Source: Trichosphaerium sp. ATCC 40318 (lineage: Eukaryota; Protista; Tubulinea). From it: DNA of 64,000 nucleotides. How positions within the stretch are numbered: the first letter of the stretch is position 1; the number at the start of each line of letters is the position of its first letter. This document shows positions 37,765 through 49,592 of this stretch, one piece after another. The stretch covers positions 186,001 through 250,000 of the forward strand of contig JALMLS010000056.1 in assembly GCA_038496445.1 (NCBI GenBank). The letters run 5' to 3'. The notes under the pieces are model-generated. The model searched no databases, was not told the origin of the DNA, and saw nothing but the letters and a program-made list of their open reading frames with translations. The translations under genes and the position numbers were made by a program.

Positions 37765-39521
37765 ATGTCAGCACAGCATATCCTATGCTTAATCGCAGTA
37801 CTAGTCTGCGTACACAATGTTGTAGGCCACTCGTACATTTACAGCAGCCCAAGGCCTATCACCTATAAACCGGGAAGTGCAGGAGGTTGCAGAGTAGACA
37901 ATCCCCAAGGAACTGGAAAGAATTGCCCTGGGCCATGCGAGAATCACAAAAACCCAGACTTCAACCCTGTCACGAAGTACAAGAGAGGTGAAAGATACAT
38001 GTATGATTGGGCCAAAAACAACCACAAATACGGCTATATCAGAATTGCTATTGTACCTCTGAAATACCTCCACGATGCGTCTGCTTTTCACCAGTACACA
38101 ATCATGTACGATTGCTTCAACAATCTCCCTTCAATCAAAGCGGTCAAATGTGATAAGAACGACCCTCTTTACTTCAGATGTGACGATGATCAGGAAGGAA
38201 AAGGCATCTATTACCAATCACACTTCGTGATGCCTACGTCTATTCCTGATGGAGACTACATCTTCCAATGGACTTGGTTCGGCGGTTCTGACGACGCAGA
38301 TTACTACAGTTGTGCTATTGTCACTGTCGAAGGCGGCGCTAAACTTACTGATTCTTACCCTGTTGTTAAAAAGGTTTGCCAAACTGAATCAAGAAGAGTA
38401 GGTCAATGCAAGTATGGTCGTACTTGTAAAGATGAGAATGGTGTAGGACCATTAACAAAGAAACGTCCATTAACGACCAAACTCGATCCACGTGAATACA
38501 ACGAAAGAAACAAGCCACTCGTCCTGAGGAGCAGATACGGATCAAGCAGCCCTATGAACAACCCAATGAATAACAACCCGCCTCCAAAGAACACCAACCC
38601 ACCACCTCCAAAGAACAACAACGGAAATGGACAAACCTTCAACCACGTTGCACCTGGTTTTGTTCAAGCGCAACACTTTACGAAATTCTTCGACACAACA
38701 ACTGGAAACTCCGGTACGTTATCCCTTTTCGCTCGCTTTGCTTTTTTTTTTTATTGTTTGAATTCTATCTAACTGGTTTCCCAGGTCCTTCAGATTGTGC
38801 ACCAAACAATCAAGGCAACGCCAGGCTTGTAGATGTTCAAAAAACGTCTGACACAAAAGGTGACTGCAACATCGGTTGGGCTAGGCGAGGAGAATGGCTT
38901 GAGTATGATGTAGATTTTAAAGAGTCCGCTGAGTACAAAATCGTTCTTCGTGTTTCTGCTCCAGGCAACTCTGAAAAAAGAGTTGGTGTTTTGATAAATG
39001 GCAAAACAACCACTCTCAGATTTGATGGTACTACCCGCTACAACAATTGGAAAAATGTCGAAGCATCTCTCGGTAGAATCAACTCTGGCGTTCGCACTGT
39101 CAGAATAACTTTCCAATCAAACAGTGTAAACTTCAATTTCTTCGAATTGGTTAGCACATCCCCAACTTCGCAACCACCTCCACCACCGCCAATGAACAAC
39201 AGACCTCAACTAAGCGGAAATGCACTTGAGCTCGTAGATCCACCGATGGTTGGTAGAAGAGGTCAAACTGTCACGTTGAATGTAGCTTACTCTACAACCA
39301 CAAGCACTTCTATTAAAGTTGTTATCTTCAGAAAAACCTCAGCCAAAAATCACAACTTCAAAACTTCAAGCGACAACGTAGATGTCGAAGCTGGACAAGG
39401 CGTTATTCCTGTCACGATTGACATGCCTTCTGAGACCGGTACTGGATTCTTTTATCAAATTAAAATGGATGTCGGTAACAAAAACCTCAGAGAAGAAGTA
39501 ACTGGGCTACGTGTCAACTGA
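37765..39521 (+). CDS. Secreted LPMO-like (N-terminal His) protein with CBM6-like module and C-terminal beta domain
   Basis: Signal peptide ends VVG, then His1 (HSYIYSSPRP). NNH, IPDGDYIFQWTWFGG, DYYSCAIV. Pro/Asn linker; CBM6-like VQAQHF..DTTTGNSG..NIGW..GEWLEYDV..Y.I.LRVS. Single intron 38714-38784. Confidence 0.75.
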
Positions 39522-40144
39522 ACCTAATAAACCATACTTGAACTTAATGTTTTTTTTAATATTTTTATTGTTTTCTTTTTTTTTTCTTCATGTGTGGTAA
39601 AGTACGAACTATATATTATGGTACACGCTTGGATACTGTTAGTATTATTGAATGTGGCTACAACTTGTGCCACAATTGGTGCAAGCAAACAAAGGTAGAG
39701 TCTTCATACGCCAAGCTACTAGAAAAAGAATAGTGAATCACAGTATTGTTTATCTATAAATCACAATGGAAAGGCTTAAAAAAGACGCGTTCGAAAAGTA
39801 GTTGTTTACCTCCACTTTCGATTGCACTTATTGTTCTAGAAGGAGATTTTGACATCGGCATACTAAACGTTCAAAGACCGTTGCTCATCTCAAGCTTTAA
39901 TTCTAAACCGTGTATTCGGTGACGCTTCAAGTACGACTTTATTTTTTTTTATTGTGCAAAATTTTGGGATTGGTATAAATCTTACCCCGCGGTGGTTTAA
40001 CACAAAAGCTGGTGTATGGTTCTTGTACGCCATTTCATTTGCGAAAGCAATGAGGCTACCTTAACTAGATTTCAGTGAAATAGTAAAGAACTGTTGGCAA
40101 AACGCAAAGAATCTTCAAACTTGTGACACCCAAAACTCGGTAGC

Positions 40145-41049
40145 ATGGAACATCCGCAAAAACGTACGCCAACCATTATTGTTGACACCCCTAGCCTGCA
40201 CACGTTAAACAGGTCAAAAAGAGCAACAGTAAACTCATTGTACCCACAAACCGTTTCCATACGAATACGATACATTAACGGTTGCGCAGGTACAAAACGA
40301 ACGAAATCAGATCCAGTAGATTCGTTGCCTTACCTTCCAAACGAAATGTGGGTTGCTATTCTATCGTATACAGCTCCCATTACTATTGTCGCCTTCTCTC
40401 AAGTGTCAATTCGCTTCTCATCTGTAGCTAAGATGTCTTGTCTCTGGTCTGGCATACAAAAGACCCTCCAATATGTTGAAGTAAGCAAGTACGCGCAAGT
40501 AGATCAATGGAAGAAGTGTATGATCTCATTGTAAGCTACCCACCTTCAAATTTGTGTTAGCGTTTGTTTACGTTGATTTTAGATACTGTCAAAAATGTAG
40601 GTGGCCGTACGTTAGGCCCCCATATCACTGCTGGAGATGTGACACATTTTTTTGCACGAATTGTACGACTTTCATTGCTACTTTGAGAACCTCGAGCAAG
40701 GTTCTTGCAATCTTTTATTGCTTGCAATTTTTTTTTACTAAAAACACGTGCGGTAACCGACGCAAATTGTACATCGCTGTATTTCAGAATCTGATTTGAC
40801 GCCGTGTTTTAAGGTTCGAGCAAACTACAATCATCGGAATGTAGAGATTGTTATACTTGTTGTATCTGCTATGAGTACCCAAACAAACGTCTGCAAACCT
40901 GTATGAGATGTGGGAAAAGATGTTGTAGTGGTACCGCCAATTCAAGCAGTTAGAAAACTCACTGATTATTAGATTGTTTTGCTGACAAACACTGCATGGA
41001 TCAGATTTACAGATTTAAACAGATGACAACGCAATTTATACAAAATTGA
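40145..41049 (+). CDS. F-box protein with Cys-rich (CxxC) C-terminal region
   Basis: LPYLPNEMWVAILSY F-box; exons with CQKC, CWRC, CTNC, CTSC-like, CMRCGKRCC motifs. Confidence 0.65.
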
Positions 41050-41057
41050 GAAACTCT

Positions 41058-41470
41058 TTATTCGGCTGTTGTTTTAATATCCGTTGTATCTTTTTCTTCT
41101 GTGTTGTCTTTGTAATCAGCTTGGTCTTTTAATTTACCACTTACACACCAGTCTTTTGACTCATCTTCTTTCTTGTTGGCTTTGAAACATCCGAGTGTTT
41201 CATTTGACCATTTTAATGCCACGTTATTTTGTTTTATTCCCGTTTGTCATCTTTATATTCACGTTCATATATTTCCATTTGCCAACGTGAACATAACATT
41301 TAAACTGTAAGTACAGTATTCAATTATGCTATGCTGTGTTACTCTTCATCTACGAATTAGTCCGTTGGAACTTATGACAAATGTTGGTACTCTCACAAGA
41401 GCGACCAACGAGTATCTGATGTGTTTTTTTCGTTTCTCTTCTGTATTTTACCAAACCACTCTTTATAATG
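41058..41470 (-). pseudogene. Decayed MORN-variant repeat gene
   Basis: Minus strand reads YEREYKDDKRE*NKITWH*NGQMK, then a frameshift, then GCFKANKKEDESKDWCVSGKLKDQADYKDN. This is the same repeat type as the 16278/22719 genes, with stops and a frameshift. Upstream boundary approximate. Confidence 0.55.
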
Positions 41471-42212
41471 TTAGTCTAGAACATGTGATGGCTATCAAAG
41501 GCCACTTAATTCCTCAAATGAAGCATGCCAACAGTTATGAATCAAACGGTCGTCTATATTGTATCCCTCAAGTTGCAACATGCGCACAATGTTATACATA
41601 AAAGATGTAGAAGTACTTACATCTAAGTAATTGCAACAAGAGGCAGCTTCAGCTATCTAAATAAAATTAAACCACAGCTCTTTGCAAAGAACCCAAAGGC
41701 GTGTTACTTAAACCCAAAGCAGGTTGCTTGAAAAGGACCAGTTTGGTACGTTGTATAGAAAGACATCTGAACGTATTACATGTTGACTGACCGCAAAGTT
41801 CGTTGGAAGCACGTGTTTGAATTTTTATGCGAGAAACACGCGATCATTTTTCGAGCTTAGAAAGCTAAATTGACTGTTGCAGCTCATTGGCGCAATATAT
41901 TTTGACGTACAATGTCCAAGAGTTCTTTAAGCTCTGGTACATACTGTAAGCTGTTACTTTCTCAAACAAGTGTGACATAAATTTATACATTAAGGGACAC
42001 AAACTGACACTCAAATACTACTGTGCTCACTTAATTTAAACAGAAAGTTGATTAGAACATAACATAGTAGTACTCAAGTACACCTAAAAGTTAATACCGG
42101 TAAATCACAACAATGATAACTAGCAATGGTAACATCTTAACTTAGAAGATAAAAAACTTGGTTAAAAAAAAACGTATTGTTTATTATGAGCTAGGTTTGT
42201 TGACTTTTAGCA

Positions 42213-43345
42213 TTAAGCCTCGTACAGACTTGTCCAAGGGTTTGCGTTGCTAAAACAAATCAATCTACGGCTTGTGAATCCAACCTTTACAGTTGTAAAG
42301 TGATTGCCGGCATTAACAAACCACTGTCCAATAGTACCAAGGTTACCATTATTGCTTGACATGGTCCACTGGTTGTTAACAACTCTCATTGTATGAGACT
42401 GTCCGTTTGGGTTCATAGCAACAAGTGCATCTGGTGCGGTACCAGACAAAACGAAGTCACCAGCAACATAATTGTCGTTGGTGAGAATGTTCCAGTTGGC
42501 AATGTATCCTCCGCTGAATCCGCCGAACACGTATACAAATTTGTTTGTGTTGGTATCAAACCTCATGGTATTGTGCCATCTGCTGTTTCGATTAATGGCG
42601 AGAAGGTCAGCTTTACCAGCTTGAAGAAATGATCCAACGATATACTCATCACCTCTTCCAATTGACCATATATCTATTTTCCAGTCGTTTGATTGTGAAA
42701 GAATATCCCAGTTGTTTGCGTTTCTGTTGTAGTTCATGACGTAGTAACCGGTAGGTTTTATCAATACAACGTAATCGGAAGGATTAACAACGTTGGCCGC
42801 GAAATCTCCGGAAATGAGTTTGTCTGTAGCTCCAATGGCACCATTTGTTGCAAACTGAATTTGAGTCCAACTGAACGTGGTTGGAGCAGTTGAGCTCTGG
42901 TACTCAAGTTTAAGGGTTGCGTATCTACCGTCTGGGTTTGCAGCAAGAAGAGACTTGGTCCGCTACTGTCGAAGCGACCGGAAACATACAAGTCGTTTGT
43001 TTGTGTTGCCCAAGCACCGATACTGCTACCGCCTGTTTCAGCAACACGCCACTCCTTGGTAGCGTCATCAATGTACGCTAGCATCCACATACTCCCTGGC
43101 TTTATGAACAACGTGAATTGGCCTTGGTTGCCGCCTACAAATTCCATAGGAATGAACCTGTCGTTTGGTTCTACGTCCCAGAAAACAGTTGTAAAAGGAC
43201 CAGTTGGGTTTGAGTAAATCTGATAGCGTTTGGCGACAACAAGGGTCGATTGAGCATCAGTATTCCAGTACGCTGTCACAGAGATTGCTGTGCAAGCAAC
43301 AATAAGTACGAAGGTACGTAGGAGCTGTTGTTGTTGGGATATCAT
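42213..43345 (-). pseudogene. Intronless secreted beta-propeller-like (FG-GAP/VCBS-like) repeat protein, split by one frameshift
   Basis: Signal peptide plus repeats (GxF...LL A.N.N). The two tracked ORFs join into one continuous repeat protein if a base is restored near 42958. Confidence 0.65.
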
Positions 43346-44059
43346 TCTTGTGAAATTATGAAAACGAATAGATAGACAAACACGTGAACTTAGATTTTCT
43401 TGTTAGAATGTTTCACAGAATTCACGTGAAAAAATTCTGGTTCCTAAAAGGATTGGGTAGTAATTTTACCCAAATGTCGCTACAAGAATAAACGAATTGT
43501 TCACGTAACTCCTTTTGCCATGATTTGATAAGGCTGCAATTCACTTTTCTTGTTCGAGTTATTTAGCTCCGTGAATGTTCAACAAAAAAAAAGGATGTTG
43601 TGAAAAACCCTTCTGTGCACTGTGAAGTCAAGAGATAGCAATGAAGTAGTCGTACAAGTAGAGTAACGTATGAACACTTAGCGAGTGTTGACATTTGTAA
43701 AGTCAGAAAACTTGATATCGCCACTTTTTGCCTTTGTTTCTTTGTACTGCCAGGTACTTTTTTGAGGTTTAATAAGTAAAGGATTTCGCAAGTTCACTGT
43801 ATGTTCATGAGAAGTAACCTAGGCGTCGGAGTTTTTGGCAAACCTCTAAAGTCATACAGGTTAATTTGAAAGCAAACTTGAGCGTTGCTTTTGACGACCA
43901 AATTGAAACATGTTACTAGGGTCCTTTGAGTTACATAATGAAGGATATCAAGGCTTCGCGTTATTGCGCTCTTAAACCATAGCTGTTGTGGGGTGTCTTC
44001 GTATGATTATCAAAAACAATTTATTACGGTTCAGTCCTTTGGTAGCTGGCTCTCATACA

Positions 44060-44260
44060 ATTCATACCATCTGAAAAAAATCTCCAAAATGCAGCTCGTT
44101 CGTCCGTTCAAAACTACCAGATATTTCTTGCCACTTTTTGTTGAACAACACCCCGTTGAATAATTCATCTTTGAATTCGCCTTCATATCTATTTCCATTT
44201 GCCCATGTGATTCACAATGTAATTGCCCAGTTTCGTGATTATTGATGAACTGGTTACGTA
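44060..44260 (-). pseudogene. Decayed classical MORN-repeat fragment
   Basis: Minus strand QFINNHETGQ, then a frameshift, then ITWANGNRYEGEFKDELFNG (canonical MORN). No intact frame. Confidence 0.5.
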
Positions 44261-44554
44261 TTGTTCTATCCAACAACATCAAGAGCAACACCATAACAAC
44301 CTCTCAAACGAAAGATTAAAATCAATGAGCCCGAAGAAAGGGCATGAATTAATAGCTGGTTAGGACGCCGTACTAATGCTGACACGTAGAGTTTAAAATC
44401 ACGTGGGTCATAATGCTTAAAAAATACTTTGTTCTCCAAAGATCTATCAACAACAGAGGGTAGTTTTTAGTATAAATATGAACAAATTTTTTTAATGAAC
44501 AAGTGTTGTTACATTACACGTGAGATTCAGTTGATTTTTTTGTTTGGAAATTGA

Positions 44555-47500
44555 TCATTCAGAATAAGGCTTGATATCTTTAAAAACAACGACAGTACAA
44601 CTAATATTATCCGTTGAGCCTTCTTTATAAGCTTGTAGTATAAGATGCTTAGCAATTTGAGAAGGAGAATCACCTAAAAGACGTTAAAAGAACAACATAA
44701 ACAACCGTCAAAGTCAATGTGAGTCATTTTTTAGGCTTGTCGCTCAAGCTACAATATCGATGTAACTTCATAGCGATATACGCTCATTGAAAATTTCAGA
44801 AAACGCACCTGACTTTAACTTTGTCTTAACCATTTCAATGACATCGTCATTTTTCAGTGTATCCCAAAGTCCATCACAAGCAACTACCATAAACTTACTA
44901 TCTCCTCGTTTTAGATCAAAAGCCTTAATCTCTGGATCTGCTATAACGACACCAGGTTTTTCTTTTGAGTCCATATCCCCAAAGGCCCTTGCTACAGCTA
45001 GCTTTCCAAAAATTCTGCCAAATAAAATCATACCTTAACAAAACAGTCAAACTCTTTCCTTTCTCTTCTGAAAATAAATACCTCCTGCTGCTTCAACACG
45101 TTCTTTTTCTTCAGGATCAGATGCTTTATGATCTCTGGACATAACTACAGTATCACTTCCTTGACATAGAATAGCTCGACAATCACCTAAAGTAGAAAAA
45201 AACATTTAGTTTTTTTTAGCTAAAAGAACGAACATTGGCTTCGTTTGTTTGTATTCTTCCAAATAAAGGTTTTTAAATAAGTTTTTGCGTACCAGTGTTT
45301 GCAACATATACTTTGTCACCTCTTACAAGACATACAATACACGTAGAACCTACAGACTGTAGATCCATGTTTGATTTAGCTTGGGATAAAAACACTTCAT
45401 CTGTTTCAACAAATGCCTCATGTAGGGCTTTGCGTGTATCAGAATCAAGAGATGGATGTTTAGCAATATTCTTAGGTAAGAATTTTGCTAGGAAATTTGC
45501 ACATTGAATGCCAGAGTGTCCATCAAAAACTCCAAAAAGCGCCTTTTACAATCAATTAGATTGATTAATATTTGGGTTTTTTCAACTTGCCTGTTGCTCA
45601 TTGCCAGCGAATGCTAGTAAACTAGCGCTATCATCCTCCATAGCATCTCTACGACCTATTATATGTGCTTCACCATAGTCATAGTAATTATCTGAGCCTT
45701 CCATTAGCTCTGCCTTTGTATTTTCTCTGTTCATATCATTCGCTGCTCAAAAAGTAAGAAGAAACAGGTTTAAGCAAAAAGCCTCTTGGCAAGGTTGTAC
45801 AAGTTGAGTTTGCTTTTAATAAAAATCGCTACTATCACGTGACTAAAAAAGCTCATATTCGACCGTACCGATGACGCCAATGTTAACTTCGTCATCATTG
45901 TCATAATCACTACCAACCTCTCTAGGCTCTTTACGTTTTGATGTTCGTTTGATTAGAATGAGTAGAACGATTATGGCGATGATAAAGATAAGAATGATCG
46001 GGATAACTACGCCAAGCAAAATTGGAATAGTATTACTACCTAAACCAAAAAACCATTAGCTCCTATCATAACAATAACATGATAGATGATAGGTCGATTA
46101 CAACAGTCATAAACGAAAAACCTTAATGATTCCTTGTTTTTTTTGTTACTACTTAAAACTCCATCAAAACGTACTTGACGGCTCTGTACCACCATTAGCT
46201 GCAGTGAGTTGTATTGAGAATGGAACTGTTACAATTGCTCGCTTTGATATTGGAATATCTAAAGTAATAACAAAATCAATTGTTCCTGACAATTTAGCAA
46301 ACTTCGAGTTCAACTTGAAATCAACCTATTATTGCTCAGAACTTCAAAGACAACAGCAATGAATAAATTCGTTGGTACATACTTTGAAGCAAATGGCGCC
46401 ATCATAGGGTGCTGTATTTGTGCACGTGAGCGACAAATCAGTGTTTATTAGCACAGGTGAATCTACAACCAAAAAGATGTATTAGTCAGTATGTTATTAT
46501 TTTGTGGTTTCTATGTGTACCATTAGCAGTAGCATCAATAGACGATGGAAAACTAATTATGTCACTTGAGAAAGCTTTTATGTATTGAATCTACAACAAA
46601 CAAGACGAATAAGTACGTTTAAAACTAAACCAGTGACTAAGCTCTCGCTTTGTACCTTGACATATACACCAGAACTCGACGCTGAAAAGCTTGAAGGCAT
46701 GTTTATGAATTCATCACTATCGAAAATCTCTACAAGTGTTGTGTTGAACTAATCAAAAGAAAATTGATTAGCGTTGAGTACAATAATCTTCGAGCAATTA
46801 AAATGTTGCACTTGGTGGTACTTACAACCGGGGTAGATGGAGGCCTAGGGGGAGTATGAACAATAGAGTTTCACAAACACAAAACGCGGAACTACTAACC
46901 TTGTAGGTGTTACGGCTGGTGTAACACTTGCAACTGGTTGCACAGAAGGTGGTTCAGTTGTTGGCACAACTGGTGCAATAGTAGGCTCCACCGTAGGTAC
47001 AGGCTGTGTTGCTATTGCCGTGAGATTACCGTAAGGCTATACGATACGTAAATATTTATGAAATGTTAACTATACCGTACTGATGTATGACTGGATGTTG
47101 GAGCACTCACTGGTGGAGTTGAAGCAGAAATAAAAAAAACTTCATTCAAATTTGAAATAAATACAAGAGAATCTGATGAGTCAGAATACGCTAACCCTAT
47201 AGGCCACGTAAGATGTTTAACAACATTTATTTCTTGTGGTATTATTAGTATTCAAAAGGCGTACCAGTACATGATGATAACTCAGAGGTGGACCAATATT
47301 CAGTGCACCCTGATAATTTAATAAGTTAGAATAAATTAGATGATACGAGCATTACCTAGTTCGTTGCATTTATCAATAATACAGTCACCAAGCGAATCCA
47401 ACAACATGACATATACATTATCTTCATCGGCCGCTATTCCCTAAAAAAAAGGTTAATTTGTCACGTGACGAACAAATAACTTCAAAAAGAAAAAAAAATT

Positions 47501-48365
47501 CTGTTCGACCAAAATCATACTGTGATTTCACCGCCTACGTCATCATCTAATACAACTTCTTTCCTTCCTTCAGTTTTTTTACCCTTTATATACGTTCCTA
47601 TTTTATGTAATAAGAATCACAATTACGAGGTGACACGTGTAGGACGTTTTTTTTTCGATCATTTGTTTTTCTGAAAATAATGAAAAAAAAAAGACTTACC
47701 ATTGTAAGAGTAATACAGTATGTCGTCATTTGAAGCAAATGCCATAAACCGAGGATCAGGAATAGTGTCATTGTCAAAACTCTCAATATCAGAAATACCA
47801 GTCAAGGCGTTAAATTCGCCAGATTTAATTTCGTGAGATTTCGTGTCGCTCCAATAAATATCATCTAAACCATCAAATACAAAATCATAACTGTTATTTT
47901 ATGTTAGATTACTATTCACTGTATTTTGTAGTTTTTTGGTTTTTTGGGCTTTTTATGTTTCGAAACTGTCTAGAAATAGAATGCGGACCTGCTATTTAGA
48001 TGTTGTAGCGATTTAGCTACCACTGAAAGTCCTTTGATTGTAAGGTTACCTGTAACAGCCTACAAAATGTTACCGCTTATGCCACTAGGTTGTAGCGGAG
48101 GTAAATAGCGTTTACATACATCAACAAACACAAGTAACTCGTTATCATCCGAAAACGCCAGTTCCCTTGTTGGGTTGTTGTATATGATTTCGTCATTGTT
48201 TATAATAGTATACACGCCGCCGGTCGTTGAGTTTTGGTATGCCAAGTACAGCGTATCGCCGCTCACGCCTGCATGGTACATTGTAAACGTATGTACAATG
48301 TTTTACGTGCAAAACGTACGCAGCAGTATGCATAATTGCAATAAAGCAATTAGCCAACGAAACAT
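44555..48365 (-). CDS. Receptor-like PP2C/PPM Ser/Thr phosphatase (signal peptide - ectodomain - TM - PP2C)
   Basis: Exon phases checked by hand are continuous from MFRWLIALLQLCILL through TM LLGVVIPIILIFIIAIIVLLILI into PP2C: GRRDAMEDD, GVFDGHSG, GSTC, ANTGDCRA, DHK, LAVARAFGD, ACDGLWD, GSTDNIS. Confidence 0.85.
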
Positions 48366-48514
48366 GATCGTGAGCACTACTTCTTGTGCTGTAAATGTGA
48401 ATACAACGTTTTACGAGCGTGCTATAAATCAACAGTCAATTTTATTCCAAATATATTTTTATTGTTTTGTGTTTGTACATTCGATAATTTAGATCATACT
48501 TGGTCTACGGTGTT

Positions 48515-49592
48515 TTATGTTCTATTTTCTGCCTTGGCATACCAAAGTACGTCAAGATCCATGTCTCTAGGGAAGAAAAAAAACTGGAATTTGTCACAGC
48601 TCGTCCCAAGTGAATTCTCCGCCTACAAATATGTTAGTTCTCATTTTATACTATCTACCTACTGTAATGTCGGTCAATTGCTCCACTAGCTGGTCTTTGT
48701 CACCACTCAGCCCAAGAAGAATTGTTTGCTAAGTTCGACATTAGAAATAACTTTGGATTATTTTAGGTGACGCACCTCCGGTGTTTTAGTAACATTCCAT
48801 AGTATCTTACTATCTGATTCTTTTAAGAGTGATGTTGTCAATGAGTCAACATCCCCTTGTAAGTGTATCCGAGCTGCTATAGTTGACGAGCTAAACGGAC
48901 GTTCTTTTGTGATTATTTTAAAGGCAGCTGAAGCGTTCAGACTATCGGATTCATTCCAGTCCTCCGTGACCGGCGTAGCGGTAGCTTCTTTACATAATTC
49001 AGGATCCATAGTATCAATACATGCCTTAGATTACTATAAGAGAACTGCAAGAGTATTTCGTGGAGACTAATTACCTGTACTAGTTCAGCTACCTTTGACG
49101 CATCCTCTGCTTTTATTTGAACTAGAATATGCTCTCCTAGAGCACTGGTAAGAGTCTGGGAAAAGAAGTGGGAGTTGATACCTGTTGGTTGTAAATGAGG
49201 TGGTTTCTTTAATCCAACGTCAGCGCGAAGTGCCATGCCATCATAAATGTAACATAGTTTAGCCCAAGTGAGAGGACTAAAAGCCACCTACTTCACGTGT
49301 AAATAACGTTGTACAAGTGACACATAGAATAAAAACGTGCGTTAACGTTAGCACCAGGTGTATTAGCCACCGCGCGACGGAATTTAAGTACATTGTTTGT
49401 ACTTTCTACTAAGCTCCTGCCTTTCTGTAAATGGACTATATTTTGTTAGGGTTATTATGCTTAAGAAAACGCACATGTTACTAGGGAAGATGGCATGGGC
49501 TGTACAGTTGCTTCTGTAAATTGTGAATGAGCCAACTTTTAATAATTAGTTGTTTTTTATGCTACCGCCATCACGTACAAGCGTTTTACCAT
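48515..49592 (-). CDS. DyP-type peroxidase-fold protein lacking catalytic motifs
   Basis: Spliced sequence VAFSPLTW..KPPHLQP..HILVQIKAED..ELVQ..KILWN..TILLGLS..FFFFPRD is colinear with DyP motifs as recalled. No GxxDG and no proximal His segment. Confidence 0.6.

Noticed and set aside
41190-41240. In-frame TAA codons suggesting an alternative genetic code or readthrough
   Set aside because: They co-occur with a frameshift in a decayed gene, and intact genes use TAA, TAG and TGA as normal stops.
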